Translations under genes and position numbers: made by a program | Assembly (NCBI GenBank): GCA_963693365.1 | Contig: CAVNZM010000018.1 | Location: 925,861-989,860, forward strand | Source: Amoebidium appalachense | Lineage: Eukaryota > Protista > Ichthyosporea | Direction of reading: 5' to 3' | Length of the DNA: 64,000 nucleotides | Notes under the pieces: generated by a model | Told to the model about the DNA's origin: nothing | What the model saw: the letters and a program-made list of their open reading frames with translations, nothing else | Databases searched by the model: none | Shown: piece by piece, positions 38,467 to 52,344 of the stretch | How the letters are laid out: every line of letters starts with the position of its first letter | How positions within the stretch are numbered: the stretch's first letter is position 1

Positions 38467-41400
38467 CTGCAGGATTGTGGGCTGACGGCAGCCACACACA
38501 ATACAAACGAATGTCGAGGGCAAGCGTGTAGGCAGCCACCTGGCGGCATACACGGTTCAGGCGTCGGGATGCTGAACGACCCTTAGCAACAGCCCCAAGC
38601 AGCGCCGTCGAATCAAGGCCCCAAAGGTAGCGGGAGCCCCGGGCAGCCGTAGACCGACCTAATCGACGAAGCCCCAGGAGCAAGGCTTCTCCCTCCAGAA
38701 TGTTGATGTGGTCGGAGTGGCGCCAACGATGACTGATGTTGGTGGTCCACCGGCCACCAACAGCTGCCAGGATAGGTGCCGGGGGGGCGGACGGGCTTGG
38801 CTCGTGCACAGGACCAGACAGCTGGCTGTAGTGGCCACGCCGGTTGCAGTGAGGCAGCACTGCGGAGAAGCGTTGCTGGAAGCACCCGGGACACCACTGC
38901 ACCACCCAACAAGGAAGCATCAGTGCAGAACATGGTGCTAGCAAACCCAGAACGCAAATCACAACGCATCAAAGGGGCCAAAGCACACATCGCCTGAAGC
39001 TCCCACACCACGGGCGGGGGAAGGGGCTGTTCCCGACCCCCCAGCTGCTCCACAAAACTGTAGACAAAACTCAGAACCGACAAAAGCGGCCGCTGCAGCA
39101 GTGCCGCCCACACCCAACCACCAAGCAACTGCTGCAAACGGAGCTGCGTGACGACACCACGACGCAACACGGCCTTGGGTTTCCGCCACCAGACGGCACA
39201 AGGAAGCGCCAGACGGGCGCAATATCGCAGAGCGATGCATTTCCAGGCCTAGCAGCACCATAGAGGACGAGGAACCAGCAGCCACATCCTTCTTGACATT
39301 GGAGGGAAGACCAGCCGGGCCGGTGACGCCATGATACGATTCACGCTGACGATTGATGGCGGTGGCATCTGTGCCGACCCAGCCACAGTCGTCCACATAC
39401 AGGGCATGCTGCGTGGCCTCCACAGGCCGCGGCACTATCGCACAGAGGCGCTCAATGCGGGGCATGCCGGCTCGGTCAGCCAACTGCCCATGGACGTCTT
39501 GAGCCACAAGCACAGAATGCACCCAGCCCATGGGCACGGTCTTGAGGGCCGGGTACACAAGCCGGTCGGGCCCAGAAATGCCAACAGCCTCCGAAGACAC
39601 AGGCGGCAATCCAAAGTACCGCCACAGCCACTCGGGGGCAAGAAGACGATGGAACTGGTTGTCCATGTCCGACTTGCCAAAATAGAGGCAATCCTCAGGC
39701 CCCAGCAACAGATCGGCAAAATCGGCAGGGTTGGGCAGGTGCACCTGGAGGGCAGGATGATCACGGGCAAAGAACAGGTTGCCACGGCGGCCGTCAAAAA
39801 TGACGCGGGCTCTGGTGTCTTTGGGGACCCCAAACAGCCCATTGATGGCCAGTGGTTTTTCCTTCGCCTCGAAATAGTGCACCATGCCGCAGTCTTGAAG
39901 CCGAAGAAGCAGGGGACCGTATTCCCCACTGGGAACGTGATGCGCCGGTCGGATGCGGCGAAGCTCTGCAGGCGTCGGCGGAACAGGCTTGAGAAGGCCG
40001 CCGTCGCAGTTGGCGTAGGAGACAAAAACTGCAACACGTCCACTGTGGCTCCAACCCCAGGGGGTGGCAAAGCGGCATTTGCCGCCGTGAGAGGTAGCCA
40101 TCCTGTCAATACAGGGTAGGCCGCGGGGAACGCAGCCAAGACACTACTCGCAGGCTGAGCGTCGTAGACACCCGCGCGTATAGCATCGTAGCTGGCCCTA
40201 AGGACAAAGGTCCACAGGGCATGGTGGTGACTGTTCACCAACCGGGTCAGGAATGGGCAAGGGCCGCCTGCCCACAGCTCGTTGAGGGCACCAAGACAAC
40301 GGTTAGCCAAGGTAACCCCCTTCAGGCGGTGAGACAGACGTTGCCGACGGCGTTGACTCCGTAGACGGGCTTGTCCAGAACGGTCCGGCACAGGAATGGC
40401 CGGAACAGGGAACAAATCAGAGGCGGCAAAGACATGACGTGGCATAGCTGTGGAATCCTTAGAAAAATTGGGGGGCATATTTAATCAAGGGCACGTGGCA
40501 GGAAGCCACAAGAAAATAATATACAGAACCGCGTGCCGAACCCCCAAAGGGCCGTTTAGGCCCTGTGCCCACCGGTCCCCGGAGGGGTCGATGGACCGGC
40601 TCCGGATGGGCCACTGCCGGGTCCGCGCCGAGCCCGGGTGACTTCGGCGAGGGTCTTGGCTTGACGAACAGCCCGGGTGGCCAAGGCAGGGGGCAGGGGC
40701 AGGCTGCGCGCAGGGAGCTCCTCAAACTGCTCTGCAACAGCCCAGTCCCCGTTGGACTGATCAGCAGTCTGCACAGCCAGCAGACGGCGCACACCAACTT
40801 CCACAGCAGGTGACTCCTTGCGGGCCTTAGGGTCGGCGGCTAGCAGCAGATCCAGCATACGGGCAAGCGTCAGAGCCTCCCGTTTGTTGCGGTAGCTGAC
40901 CCAATCCGCCGCGTGGACAGCCGCAGTGACCGAGGCCTGGTCAGCCAAGGTGCTCTTGAGGTAGGAAGGGGCCAGACTCTCTTTGACGCGCAGGTTGACT
41001 TTGGCACCGCTGGAGAGCAGATAACGGCTGGGGGTGGGTTTGGAACGGCCAGAGGAACGACGGCGGCGAGAGGAACGACCGTAGCCACTGCTGCTGGAAT
41101 CAGAATCCTCACTCGACGATGGGGTGTCTTTGCCCGCGCAGACAGCGTGCTCAGCAGGCCGCCGGCAGAGGGCTTCTTGGGGCGACCAGACTGGGCAACA
41201 GAGAGGGCTTGCACTTGGGCAGAAAGCGCCTGCAGCTGCTCTTGGACGTCTACACCGTCAGAACGCCGCTGGGGAGAGGGCGACCCAGGTGGGGGGGAGG
41301 CACGGCCGCTGCGAGGAGTGCGACAGAGCAAGTGCAGCTGGTCGGTGACTTTCCAACCGACCATCTCAGGGTCATCAAAAGCCACCGAGCGCGCCTTGAG

Positions 41401-42354
41401 GGCTGAAACCACACTGTTGACGGTTTCTGCCGGCAGGCTGTTCCAGGGGAGGGCGTTGGACTGCAAAACGGCCAGACTTTTGAGACTTGCGTCGTCCGCA
41501 TCGGTAGAGATCTCCAAAAGCTTTTCGAGGAGAGAGGCCCCCTTGGCGACCAGTGCAGATGGAGGGGCCATTGCAATGCTCACAAACCAGACTAGAGCAC
41601 GAAAACTTGAAAACGAAGACTGGAAAATGCAAAAACGTGGGAAAACCGACACCGCAAAAAACGTCCGAAAACCAGCTAAAACGCAACGGCGCGCACGCAA
41701 AACTCTTACCAGATGCTGCCGAAGCTAAGCGCGCGCTCCTGGGCAAAAAACACTAGAGAAAAAACGAACAAGAGCGCGAAAAATGGGGACTAGAGTTGCA
41801 AAAACTTAGCTAAAAAATTGGGGCTAAAGAGACCTAAACGCGCTCAGTAGCGCCGCAACTGACTTCCCTGGGGCCGCGCGAGCTCATTATAGAGCGCGGC
41901 CCACATTTTTGCCTATGGAAATATGAAGAAATGATTTAGAACCTATCAAATCCATGAAATCTACCAAAATGGAATTTTTGCTGCACATCAACCAATGAAA
42001 AATTTTCACAAGTGGCTAAAACCCCTAGATCATAAAGACCAAATCGATTGCCGCCCATTTCGGACTAGATATAACTCAAACTCATCAATATATCCATATG
42101 GCATATCCCACAGAACATAAAAACAGCTACAGCTCCCTAAATAAAAATGCTAGCAGCCTGAAACTTTGCACACACATCAAACACACCATGGCCTACAGCA
42201 TTATACTACCACGAAGATTACAGCACACTCGCAACACACAATTTCACTCCAACGGGGCTATCTAATTCTCCTGCAAAGAAAACACGTTTACAAACTTAAT
42301 ATTGTGAATGAATAAAATACTTGCTTACGTGCTGGTAACATACGAGAAACAAGG

Positions 42355-43047
42355 ATTCTTATGCCAACGTCGTCTTTACCAGCCCCAGCAAGGGGATACA
42401 TGAGCCGGTGCCTGTGGATCAATCTCACAAGCAGCACAGGTGTGCTCCACAGGAGCAATGAAAAGAATGACAAATGTCATACAGAAACATGCTCAAAAAA
42501 CGTAGCCTAGTGCCTAAATAGGCAAAGGGTGTGGTGGGTGGGCAAAAACTTAGCTAAAAAATTGGGGCTAAAGAGACCTAAACGCGCTCAGTAGCGCCGC
42601 AACTGACCTCCCTGGGGCCGCGCGAGCTCATTATAGAGCGCGGCCCACATTTTTGCCTATGGAAATATGAAGAAATGATTTAGAACCTATCAAATCCATG
42701 AAATCTACCAAAATGGAATTTTTGCTGCACATCAACCAATGAAAAATTTTCACAAGTGGCTAAAACCCCTAGATCATAAAGACCAAATCGATTGCCGCCC
42801 ATTTCGGACTAGATATAACTCAAACTCATCAATATATCCATATGGCATATCCCACAGAACATAAAAACAGCTACAGCTCCCTAAATAAAAATGCTAGCAG
42901 CCTGAAACTTTGCACACACATCAAACACACCATGGCCTACAGCATTATACTACCACGAAGTTTACAGCACACTCGCAACACACAATTGCACTCCAACGGG
43001 GCTATCTTATTCTCCTGCAAAGAAAACACGTTTACAAACTTAATATT
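42355..43047 (-). mobile_element. Solo A-spacer-B unit within a 744-bp tandem duplication
   Basis: Flanked on both sides by the same 51-bp unique segment (42304-42354 = 43048-43098). Confidence 0.9.
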
Positions 43048-44867
43048 GTGAATGAATAAAATACTTGCTTACGTGCTGGTAACATACGAGAAACAAGGAT
43101 TCTTATGCCAACGTCGTCTTTACCAGCCCCAGCAAGGGGATACATGAGCCGGTGCCTGTGGATCAATCTCACAAGCAGCACAGGTGTGCTCCACAGGAGC
43201 AATGAAAAGAATGACAAATGTCATACAGAAACATGCTCAAAAAACGTAGCCTAGTGCCTAAATAGGCAAAGGGTGTGGTGGGTGGGCAAAAACTTAGCTA
43301 AAAAATTGGGCCTAAAGAGACCTAAACGCGCTCAGTAGCGCCGCAACTGACCTCCCTGGTAAAGACAACGTTGGCATAAGAAGCTCATTATAGAGCGCGG
43401 CCCACATTTTTGCCTATGGAAATATGAAGAAATGACTTAGAACCTATCAAATCCATGAAATCTACCAAAATGGAATTTTTGCTGCACATCAACCAATGAA
43501 AACGTTTCACAAGTGGCTAAAACCCCTAGATCATAAAGACCAAATCGATTGCCGCCCATTTCGGACTTGATATAACTCAAACTCATCAATATATCCATAT
43601 GGCATATCCCACAGAACATAAAGACAGCTACAGCTCCCTAAATAAAAATGCTAGCAGCCTGAAACTTTGCACACACATCAAACACACCATGGCCTACAAC
43701 ATTATACTACCACGAAGTTTACAGCACACTCGCAACACACAATTTCACTCCAACGGGGCTATCTAATTCTCCTGCAAAGAAAACACGTTTACAAACTTAA
43801 TATTCTTATGCCAACGTCGTCTTTACCAGCCCCAGCAAGGGGATACATGAGCCGGTGCCTGTGGATCAATCTCACAAGCAGGCACAGGTGTGCTCCACCA
43901 CTCCCTACCTGGCACGGGAAGGAACGAACCATGCCGTGGGTGACTGACGCAGCGCTGCAGCCTGGGCAAGGAGCGACGCAGGCACGCGAATAGAAAGAAC
44001 AAGAGACTGGCCGGTCTGCACATACCGGCGGAGGGAGGCATGCGATCTCCATCGACCACGCAGAGCAATCGTCTCTACTGAAACCCCCCTGACATAGTCT
44101 CTCGAGGCACCACCACCATGGCGAAGACTGTGAAGATGGAACCCATACTCGTTGAGGCCGAGGGAGTCACATGCCGCTTGGAACTTGGCACGCAGAACAT
44201 CATACGAGAAAGGAAACAGCCGCGCAGAAGGGGGGCGCCACGGAACCAGAAAGACAGGATGGCCAACAGGGACGGATCGGTGATGGGGACAAACTGATTG
44301 GGACCGGTCTTGGTGTCGGCCAGGCGGATGCCGCCTGTACCGGGTGGCATGTCGTGGGGAACGGGGTCGTCGGGCAATATAAGATCCGTACGGGTGAGCA
44401 TAAGCAACCACGGCCCTCTGAAAAAAAGACGGCCTGGCCGCAGAACGGGGTCAAAAGAGCAGATTGGTATTTCGATCCACTGGATTCGCTAGCAAACTAC
44501 TATCAGTGCGCAGATTATGAAGGAAACCATAAGGAAAAAAAAAAACGACAAAAGTTTATGAAGTGCTTCCTATGTTCTAGGGCGTTTTTTTGTCTTAGAG
44601 TAATATGCGCAAGCCCTATAGCACAAAGTTTTGGCATAGTGTACATAATAGTGTAGCTGAGTCTCAGTATAGTTATATCTATTGAGCAGTTCACGTTTAC
44701 ACAAACACGGCCGTGAGCAAAGATCTACTACAAAACTAGAACTCTTCTTTGCGTATATTCTCTCAAAGGTGTTTCTATCCACTAGGTAACATAATACTAC
44801 CTGTATGTCAAGTATTAGAACGTCTATGTCCTGCAACACTAACCACCAACCAATAAACACTGTGTAG

Positions 44868-44901
<34 letters not shown>

Positions 44902-44971
44902 CAAACCCTGACACCTCTACCTAGTGGCAAAAAAAGAAAAGAAAGAGGGTTAGAAAACACTGACAAAGCCG

Positions 44972-46194
44972 CTAGAGCTCTGCTTCCTCCAAATACGCCT
45001 CTACCATCCAATCGTACTCCGCCTCTGCTGCCTCCAGTGCAGCCACCAGTTCGTCATCGTTTCCCTCCATCTCCCACTCGACGGTAGGTGATTCCGCCGT
45101 GGTTGTTTTGTTTTCACCTTTCTTTCCCTTCTTCCTCCCTTCGCCTCCCTTTTCCTCTGTTTTGCTCTCCTTTTTCTTCTTTGCTGGTTTTGTCGACGGC
45201 ATGCTCCCTGCAACTGTGGCGGGGACGCCTGCCCCCGCGACGGCCTCGCTCGCCGCCAAAGCGGCCGCCTGCACTGTTTTGGCTTTCCCGGTTTGCTTTG
45301 TTGGGTGCTTTCTTCGCTTGTTCCTTGCGTTGACGCACATACGCACTCAGATGGCAGTTGGTTGCAACGGTTATCAGTCGTTCCACTAGTGCTCTCTTTT
45401 GCGTGCCACACACCCCACACTCGTCCATAAGTGCCTTATCGGTATTGTACCTTTTGACTGCATGTTCGCTGAGTAGCACAGCCACCGTTCTATGGCTGCC
45501 CCCCGGAAGGTACGTGTTGACCAGTGGCTTTAGCAGTGCCTCCACCACACAGTAGACCTATGTGACAATGCTCACTGTTGGTGGTGAAGGGAAAGTCAGG
45601 CCCCCCCGATTGGCGGCGCGGATGAGTCGGTAGTGATCGTCTCTGGCTCTCCCGGCCGTAGTGGTGGCTGTTTCGGTAGCTGTGGTGCTTGTTTCAGTGG
45701 GTGTGTTGGTGTTTTTGTTGGGTGTGGTGATTTCGAGATGTGCACGACATGTGTTGCAGCCAACACCGCGCACGTGAAGCGCGTGCACACAGAACCCTGC
45801 CCGGTAGGTTAGCACCTCTGGCTTTCTGATGTCTTCGCTGATTTTATAGACGTGGCCCCAGATGGTGTTGTTGTAGAGTGGGAGGATGGTCTCGATGGTG
45901 ATCGTTTTGCGTTTCTTGTTGAGCGCTGTGTTCATGTTGTCGAACAGCTGTGTTACATTTGTGCCCGTCTGCACTGCCAGCTTTGCCAGCTTCTGCACCC
46001 GTATCCTTTTGACGGCCTGGAGAGTCTGTTCATAGAGGTGAGTTTATTGTGTGATTTGTGTATATATAGATGGCACGTGGCTATAAAAGTTTAATATGAC
46101 ACACTATGGCGCGGGTGCGCAAGCAGTGTATCATAGCATCTTCCTGTGTACACAAGCATGGTTTAGGTATATCAGCATGGGGTTGTGTATGTAT

Positions 46195-46249
<55 letters not shown>

Positions 46250-47079
46250 TACGGTGTGTGTGTGTGTGTGTGTGTGTGGTGTTTGGTGTATGTGTGTCTG
46301 TGTGTCTGTGTGTGTGTGTGTGTGTGTGCGTGTACGTGTGTGCATTTTTGTGGTTTGAGTTCAACAGCCCCCCCCCCCCCCCCCCCACCCCCCTAATTTC
46401 ATTTTTCGTTCAGTTTTCTTTGCACCCTTTCTTTTCACCACACTCCTTTTATCCTGATACCCCCCCCCTCCCCCTCCCCTCCTCCTCCAACCCCTTCTTC
46501 CGTCCCTGCCTCTCTCGCTATCCCCCCCCCCCCCCTTTTTTTTTCTCCTGATTATTTTATTCCCCGGGGCCACCATGTCATGACACCACTATCCCATTAT
46601 TAAGATGAATCACCAAATCATCCTATATCTGTTCTGTCTCTGTTCTTTGTAATGCTGTATGAATCGTGTGTGTGTGATGTATCTCTTGTGTTTCATTGTT
46701 GCAGGCAGTGGGTGGGTGGCTGAGTAGCGTAGGGGTGTGTGTGTGTGGGGGGGGGGGGGGGGGGGGGGAGGGGGGGGAGGGGGCAGGAGGGGAGGTACCC
46801 ACCTGTGCTGTCCCAACGTTGTAGTTCCCACCGCTGTACTGTCGGATTGTGCCAAAAGCACCCTCAAGGGAGTCGGTTTGAAACTTTCTGGTGAGCACAA
46901 AGTTGACCTTCTCGCCGCTCACGCCGCTGTCCAGGAGATAGCGGATGAGACTGGCCTGCAAATTAAAAGTCAGCAAAATCTGTGTGGCACCACATTTGAC
47001 TACGCTTGGCATGTGAAAAACCATATGGAGAAGCCCCCCCCCCCCCCCCCCCCCTCCCCACTTACCCATCCCGACACAG

Positions 47080-47154
<75 letters not shown>

Positions 47155-47243
47155 ACACACAAACACACTGATGCGCGCGCACACACACACGTGTCACACA
47201 CACACACACACACACACACAGTGTCACACACAGACACACACAA

Positions 47244-47277
<34 letters not shown>

Positions 47278-47366
47278 TTCATGCCGGTCGACTCCTCATG
47301 TGACCTTGTGTGTTGGGGGGGTGAGGGGGTGAGGGGGCGAGGGCATGAGGACATTGGAGGGGGATT

Positions 47367-47397
<31 letters not shown>

Positions 47398-48725
47398 TGG
47401 TACCATTGTCTTGCTCTTAAACGCCAGCGACCATTGTGTTTCCTCCGTAAACCCTCCAGCCGGCGTGCCGCTCCGCTATTTCCAGGGCACGGACAACAAG
47501 CTGGCCGAACACGAACATCTCCTTCTTATGCCAACGTCGTCTTTACCAGCCCCAGCAAGGGGATACATGAGCCGGTGCCCGTGGATCAATCTCACAAGCA
47601 GGCACAGGTGTGCTCCACAGGAGCAATGAAAAGAATGACAAATGTCATACAGAAACATGCTCAAAAAACGTAGCCTAGTGCCTAAATAGGCAAAGGGTGT
47701 GGTGGGTGGGCAAAAACTCAGCTAAAACATTGGGCCTAAAGAGACCTAAACGCGCTCAGTAGCGCCGCAACTGACCTCCCTGGGGCCGCGCAAGCTCATT
47801 ATAGAGCGCGGCCCACATTATTGCCTATGGAAATATGAAGAAATGACTTAGAACCTATCAAATCCATGAAATCTACCAAAATGGAATTTTTGCTGCACAT
47901 CAACCAATGAAAAATTTTCACAAGTGGCTAAAACCCCTAGATCATAAAGACCAAATCGATTGCCGCCCATTTCGGACTAGATATAACTCAAACTCATCAA
48001 TATATCCATATGGCATATCCCACAGAACATAAAAACAGCTACAGCTCCCTAAATAAAAATGCTAGCAGCCTGAAACTTTGCACACACATCAAACACACCA
48101 TGGCCTACAACATTATACTACCACGAAGTTTACAGCACACTCGCAACACACAATTTCACTCCAACGGGGCTATCTAATTCTCCTGCAAAGAAAACACGTT
48201 TACAAACTTAATATTCTGGCGCTTCCTCGCTACTGCCTCTTCTTCTTGCCTTGCCCGAACCTTCTCCATCTTTGCGGCTCTCTCTTCCGGGTCCGGTACG
48301 AGGAGGCGCGGAAGGGGCGCTCAGGTAACTGGGGCAGGTGGGAAAAATGCTCGGGACGGCGCCTGGCCTAGGCCACGTTTTGCCACCTTTTTTAACGATG
48401 TCATGGGCGGGAAAGTGACGGCAGCAGACCCGCGCAACACCGTGCGGGTCGAAGTTCTCAGGCCACTGCCTCGCACAGCACGTAGCCACGCACTGAGAAG
48501 GTTCCATGTTTCTTCGCGTAGCTTCTCGCTTTTAATGCGCCCGTCGTTTGGGTTGGGGAATTTGTAAACAAAAACCTTGTTTTGGTCGTCCTAGTTGCCT
48601 CTGCAGCCTGGAACACTGCATATGTTACCGATTTTGTTGCTACGCAGACCGTTACTCCTCTTCTTATCCATTCCAGGCTCGGGAGGAGCAGCTCCCTTCA
48701 TAAGGCCAGTCCCGCCGTCAGCCAT
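44972..48725 (-). pseudogene. THAP-domain P-type transposase, spliced, with stop/frameshifts
   Basis: CSVPGC..W..VCCRHF..PGAVPSIF (THAP); LIRYLL..FVLTRKFQTDSLEGAFGTIRQYSGGNYN (P-transposase catalytic Glu motif); Y.AGF...CNTC...NRGGLTFPS C-terminal region. Confidence 0.85.
47523..48217 (-). mobile_element. Solo A-spacer-B unit inserted into the THAP transposase exon
   Basis: TTCT shared at both ends; removal restores the frame ...EEAPE|GDVRVRPA... Confidence 0.92.
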
Positions 48726-51700
48726 GTTACCGATGTCTCCGTCTTTGAACCAAAAAGAGCGAGACGTACATGTTCTGTGCCGACATCTCGTTTTAGGGCC
48801 GGAATCCAGTGGATCGAAATACCACGAGCACAATGGAATGCGATTTTATGACGTAGTGTATCCAGGCCGTCTTTTTTCAGAGGGCCTTGAAGCAACTCAC
48901 TGACACGAAAATAACACTCAAATCCAAGCAAAACAGCAATACCACCAAACAAGGGGCCAATTTTGGAATACAAATGATGGCCAATGACGAGGACCAATGA
49001 AAACGGAAGCGGGGGCGTGGTCTTTGCTGGAACAAGCCGGTTCCAGCCCTGCAGGCTCCGTTGGGCGGCCTGCAGGTGTGGACCCAGGCGTGGCATGAAA
49101 AGCTTGATGCCGGCAGCTGTGTTGACACAGCGCTGACGCTGGCCACGCGATGGATCAATGGCATAACACTCCTCAAAATACTCCACCAGGAGGTCGTCCA
49201 GTTCGGCGGGGGACTTGGTGTCGGTACCAGGGGGCAACCGATCCAGGAACTCAACAACAGCATCCCGGTAGGCCTTGAGGGTTGGGGGCTTTATGGCCTG
49301 GTCAGCCAGAAAACCGCGAGGGACCATCTGCAGGATTGTGGGCTGACGGCAGCCACACACAATACAAACGAATGTCGAGGGCAAGCGTGTAGGCAGCCAC
49401 CTGGCGGCATACACGGTTCAGGCGTCGGGATGCTGAACGACCCTTAGCAACAGCCCCAAGCAGCGCCGTCGAATCAAGGCCCCAAAGGTAGCGGGAGCCC
49501 CGGGCAGCCGTAGACCGACCTAATCGACGAAGCCCCAGGAGCAAGGCTTCTCCCTCCAGAATGTTGATGTGGTCGGAGTGGCGCCAACGATGACTGATGT
49601 TGGTGGTCCACCGGCCACCAACAGCTGCCAGGATAGGTGCCGGGGGGGCGGACGGGCTTGGCTCGTGCACAAGACCTGACAGCTGGCTGTAGTGGCCACG
49701 CCGGTTGCAGTGAGGCAGCACTTTGCGGAAAAGCGTTGCTGGAAGCACCCGGGACACCACTGCACCACCCAACAAGGAAGCATCAGTGCAGAACATGGTG
49801 CTAGCAAACCCAGAACGCAAATCACAACGCATCAAAGGGGCCAAAGCACACATTGCCTGAAGCTCCCACACCACGGGCGGGGAAAGGGGCTGTTCCCGAC
49901 CCCCCAGCTGCTCCACAAAACTGTAGACGGCACTCAGAACCGACAAAAGCGGCCGCTGCAGCAGTGCCGCCCACACCCAACCACCAAGCAACTGCTGCAA
50001 ACGGAGCTGCGTGACGACACCACGACGCAACACGGCCTGGGTTTCCGCCACCAGACGGCACAAGGAAGCGCCAGACGGGCGAAATATCCCGGAGCGATGC
50101 ATTTCCAGGCCTAGCAGCACCATAGAGGACGACGAACCAGCAGCCACATCCTTCTTGACATTGGAGGGAAGACCAGCCGGGCCGGTGACGCCATGATACG
50201 ATTCACGCTGACGATTGATGGCGGTGGCATCTGTGCCGACCCAGCCACAGTCGTCCACATACAGGGCATGCTGCGTGGCCTCCACAGGCCGCGGCACTAT
50301 CGCACAGAGGCGCTCAATGTGGGGCATGCCGGCTCGGTCAGCCAACTGCCCATGGACGTCTTGAGCCACAAGCACAGAATGCACCCAGCCCATGGGCACG
50401 GTCTTGAGGGCCGGGTACACAAGCCGGTCGGGCCCAGAAATGCCAACAGCCTCCGAAGACACAGGCGGCAATCCGAAGTACCGCCACAGCCACTCGGGGG
50501 CAAGAAGACGATGGAACTGGTTGTCCATGTCCGACTTGCCAAAATAGAGGCAATCCTCAGGCCCCAGCAACAGATCGGCAAAATCGGCAGGGTTGGGCAG
50601 GTGCACCTTGAAAGCAGGATGATCACGGGCAAAGAACAGGTTGCCACGACGGCCGTCAAAATGACGCGGGCTCTGGTGTCTTTGGGGACCCCAAACAGCC
50701 CATTGATGGCCAGTGGTTTTTCCTCCGCCTCGAAATAGTGCACCATGCCGCAGTCTTGAAGCCGAAGAAGCAGGGGACCGTATTCCCTACTGGGAACGTG
50801 ATGCGCCGGTCGGATGCGGCGCAGCTCTGCAGGCGTCGGTGGAACAGGCTTGAGAAGGCCGCCGTTGCAGTTGGCCAAAAACGGCTGCAGCGTAGGAGAC
50901 AAAAACTGCAACACGTCCACTGTGGCTCCAACCCCAGGGGGTGGCAAAGCGGCATTTGCCGCCGTGAGAGGTAGCCATCCTGTCAATACAGGGTAGGCCG
51001 CGGGGACCGCAGCCAAGACACTACTCGCAGGCTGAGCGTCGTAGACACCCGCGCGTATAGCATCGTAGCTGGCCCTAAGGACAAAGGTCCACAGGGCATG
51101 GTGGTGACTGTTCACCAACCGGGTCGGGAATGGGCAAGGGCCGCCTGCCCACACAGCTCGTTGAGGGCACCAAGACAACGGTTAGCCAAGGTAACCCCCT
51201 TCAGGCAGTGAGACAGACGTTGCCGACGGCGTTGACTCCGTAGACGGGCTTGTCCAGAACGGTCCGGCACAGGAATGGCCGGAACAGGAAACAAATCAGA
51301 GGCGGCAAAGACATGACGTGGCATAGCTGTGGAATCCTTAGAAAAATTAGGGGGATATTGAATCAAGGGCACGTGGCAGGAAACCACAAGAAAATAATAT
51401 ACAGAACTGCGTGCCGAACCCCCAAAGGGCCGTTTAGGCCCTGTGCCCACCGGTCCCCGGAGGGGTCGATGGACCGGCTCCGGTTGGGCCACTGCCGGGA
51501 CCACGCCGAGCCCGGGTGACTTCGGCGAGGGTCTTGGCTTGACGAACAGCCCGGGTGGCCAAGGCAGGGGGCAGGGGCAGGCTGCGCGTAGGGTGCTCCT
51601 CAAACTGCTCTGCAACAGCCCAGTCCCCGTTGGACTGATCAGCAGTCTGCACAGCCAGCAGACGGCGCACACCAACTTCCACAGCAGGTGACTCCTTGCG

Positions 51701-52344
51701 GGCCTTAGGGTCGGCGGCCAGCAGCAGATCCAGCATACGGGCAAGCGTCAGAGCCTCCCGTTTGTTGCGGTAGCTGACCCAATCCGCCGCGTGGACAGCC
51801 GCAGTGACCGAGGCTTGGTCAGCCAAGGTGCTCTTGAGGTAGGAAGGGGCCAGACGTTCTTTGACGCGCAGGTTGACTTTGGCGCCGCTGGAGAGCAGAT
51901 AACGGCTGGGGTTGGGTTTGGAACGGCCAGAGGAACGACGGCTGCGAGAGGAACGACCGTAGCCACTGCTGCTGGAAGAAAAATCCTCACTCGACGATGG
52001 GGTGTCTTCACTGCCGGTGTCGTACGCATAGACAGGCTCCTTGCCCTTTGCCCGCGCAGTCAGCGTGCTCAGCAGGCCGCCGGCAGAGGGCTTCTTGGGG
52101 CGACCAGACTGGGCAACAGAGAGGGCTTGCACTTGGGCAGAAAGCGCCTGCAGCTGCCCTTGGACGTCTACACCGTCAGAACGCCGCTGGGGAGAGGGCG
52201 ACCCAGGTGGGGGGGAGGCACGGCCGCTGCGAGGAGTGCGACAGAGCAAGTGCAGCTGGTCGGTGACTTTCCAACCGACCATCTCAGGGTCATCAAGAGC
52301 CACCAAGCGCGCCTTGAGGGCTGAAACCACACTGTTGACGGTTT

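Larger units (their letters stand above)
31914..42303 (-). mobile_element. YR retrotransposon copy 3 (complete repeat structure; LINE inserted in A2; gag and RT frameshifted)
   Basis: B2 at 31914, A2 split at 32404/37229, B1 ~37432, YR 37537-38466, RT/RH ~38441-40445, gag ~40556-41571, A1 ~41797-42303; TATT shared at both ends. Confidence 0.93.
44409..48889 (-). mobile_element. P-element-superfamily (THAP) DNA transposon, internally deleted
   Basis: ~28-bp TIRs CA(C/A)GGCCCTCTGAAAAAA(A)GACGGCCTGG; 7-bp TSD AAGCAAC (44402-44408, 48890-48896); 23-bp subterminal inverted repeats at 44465-44487 and 48802-48824. Confidence 0.92.
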
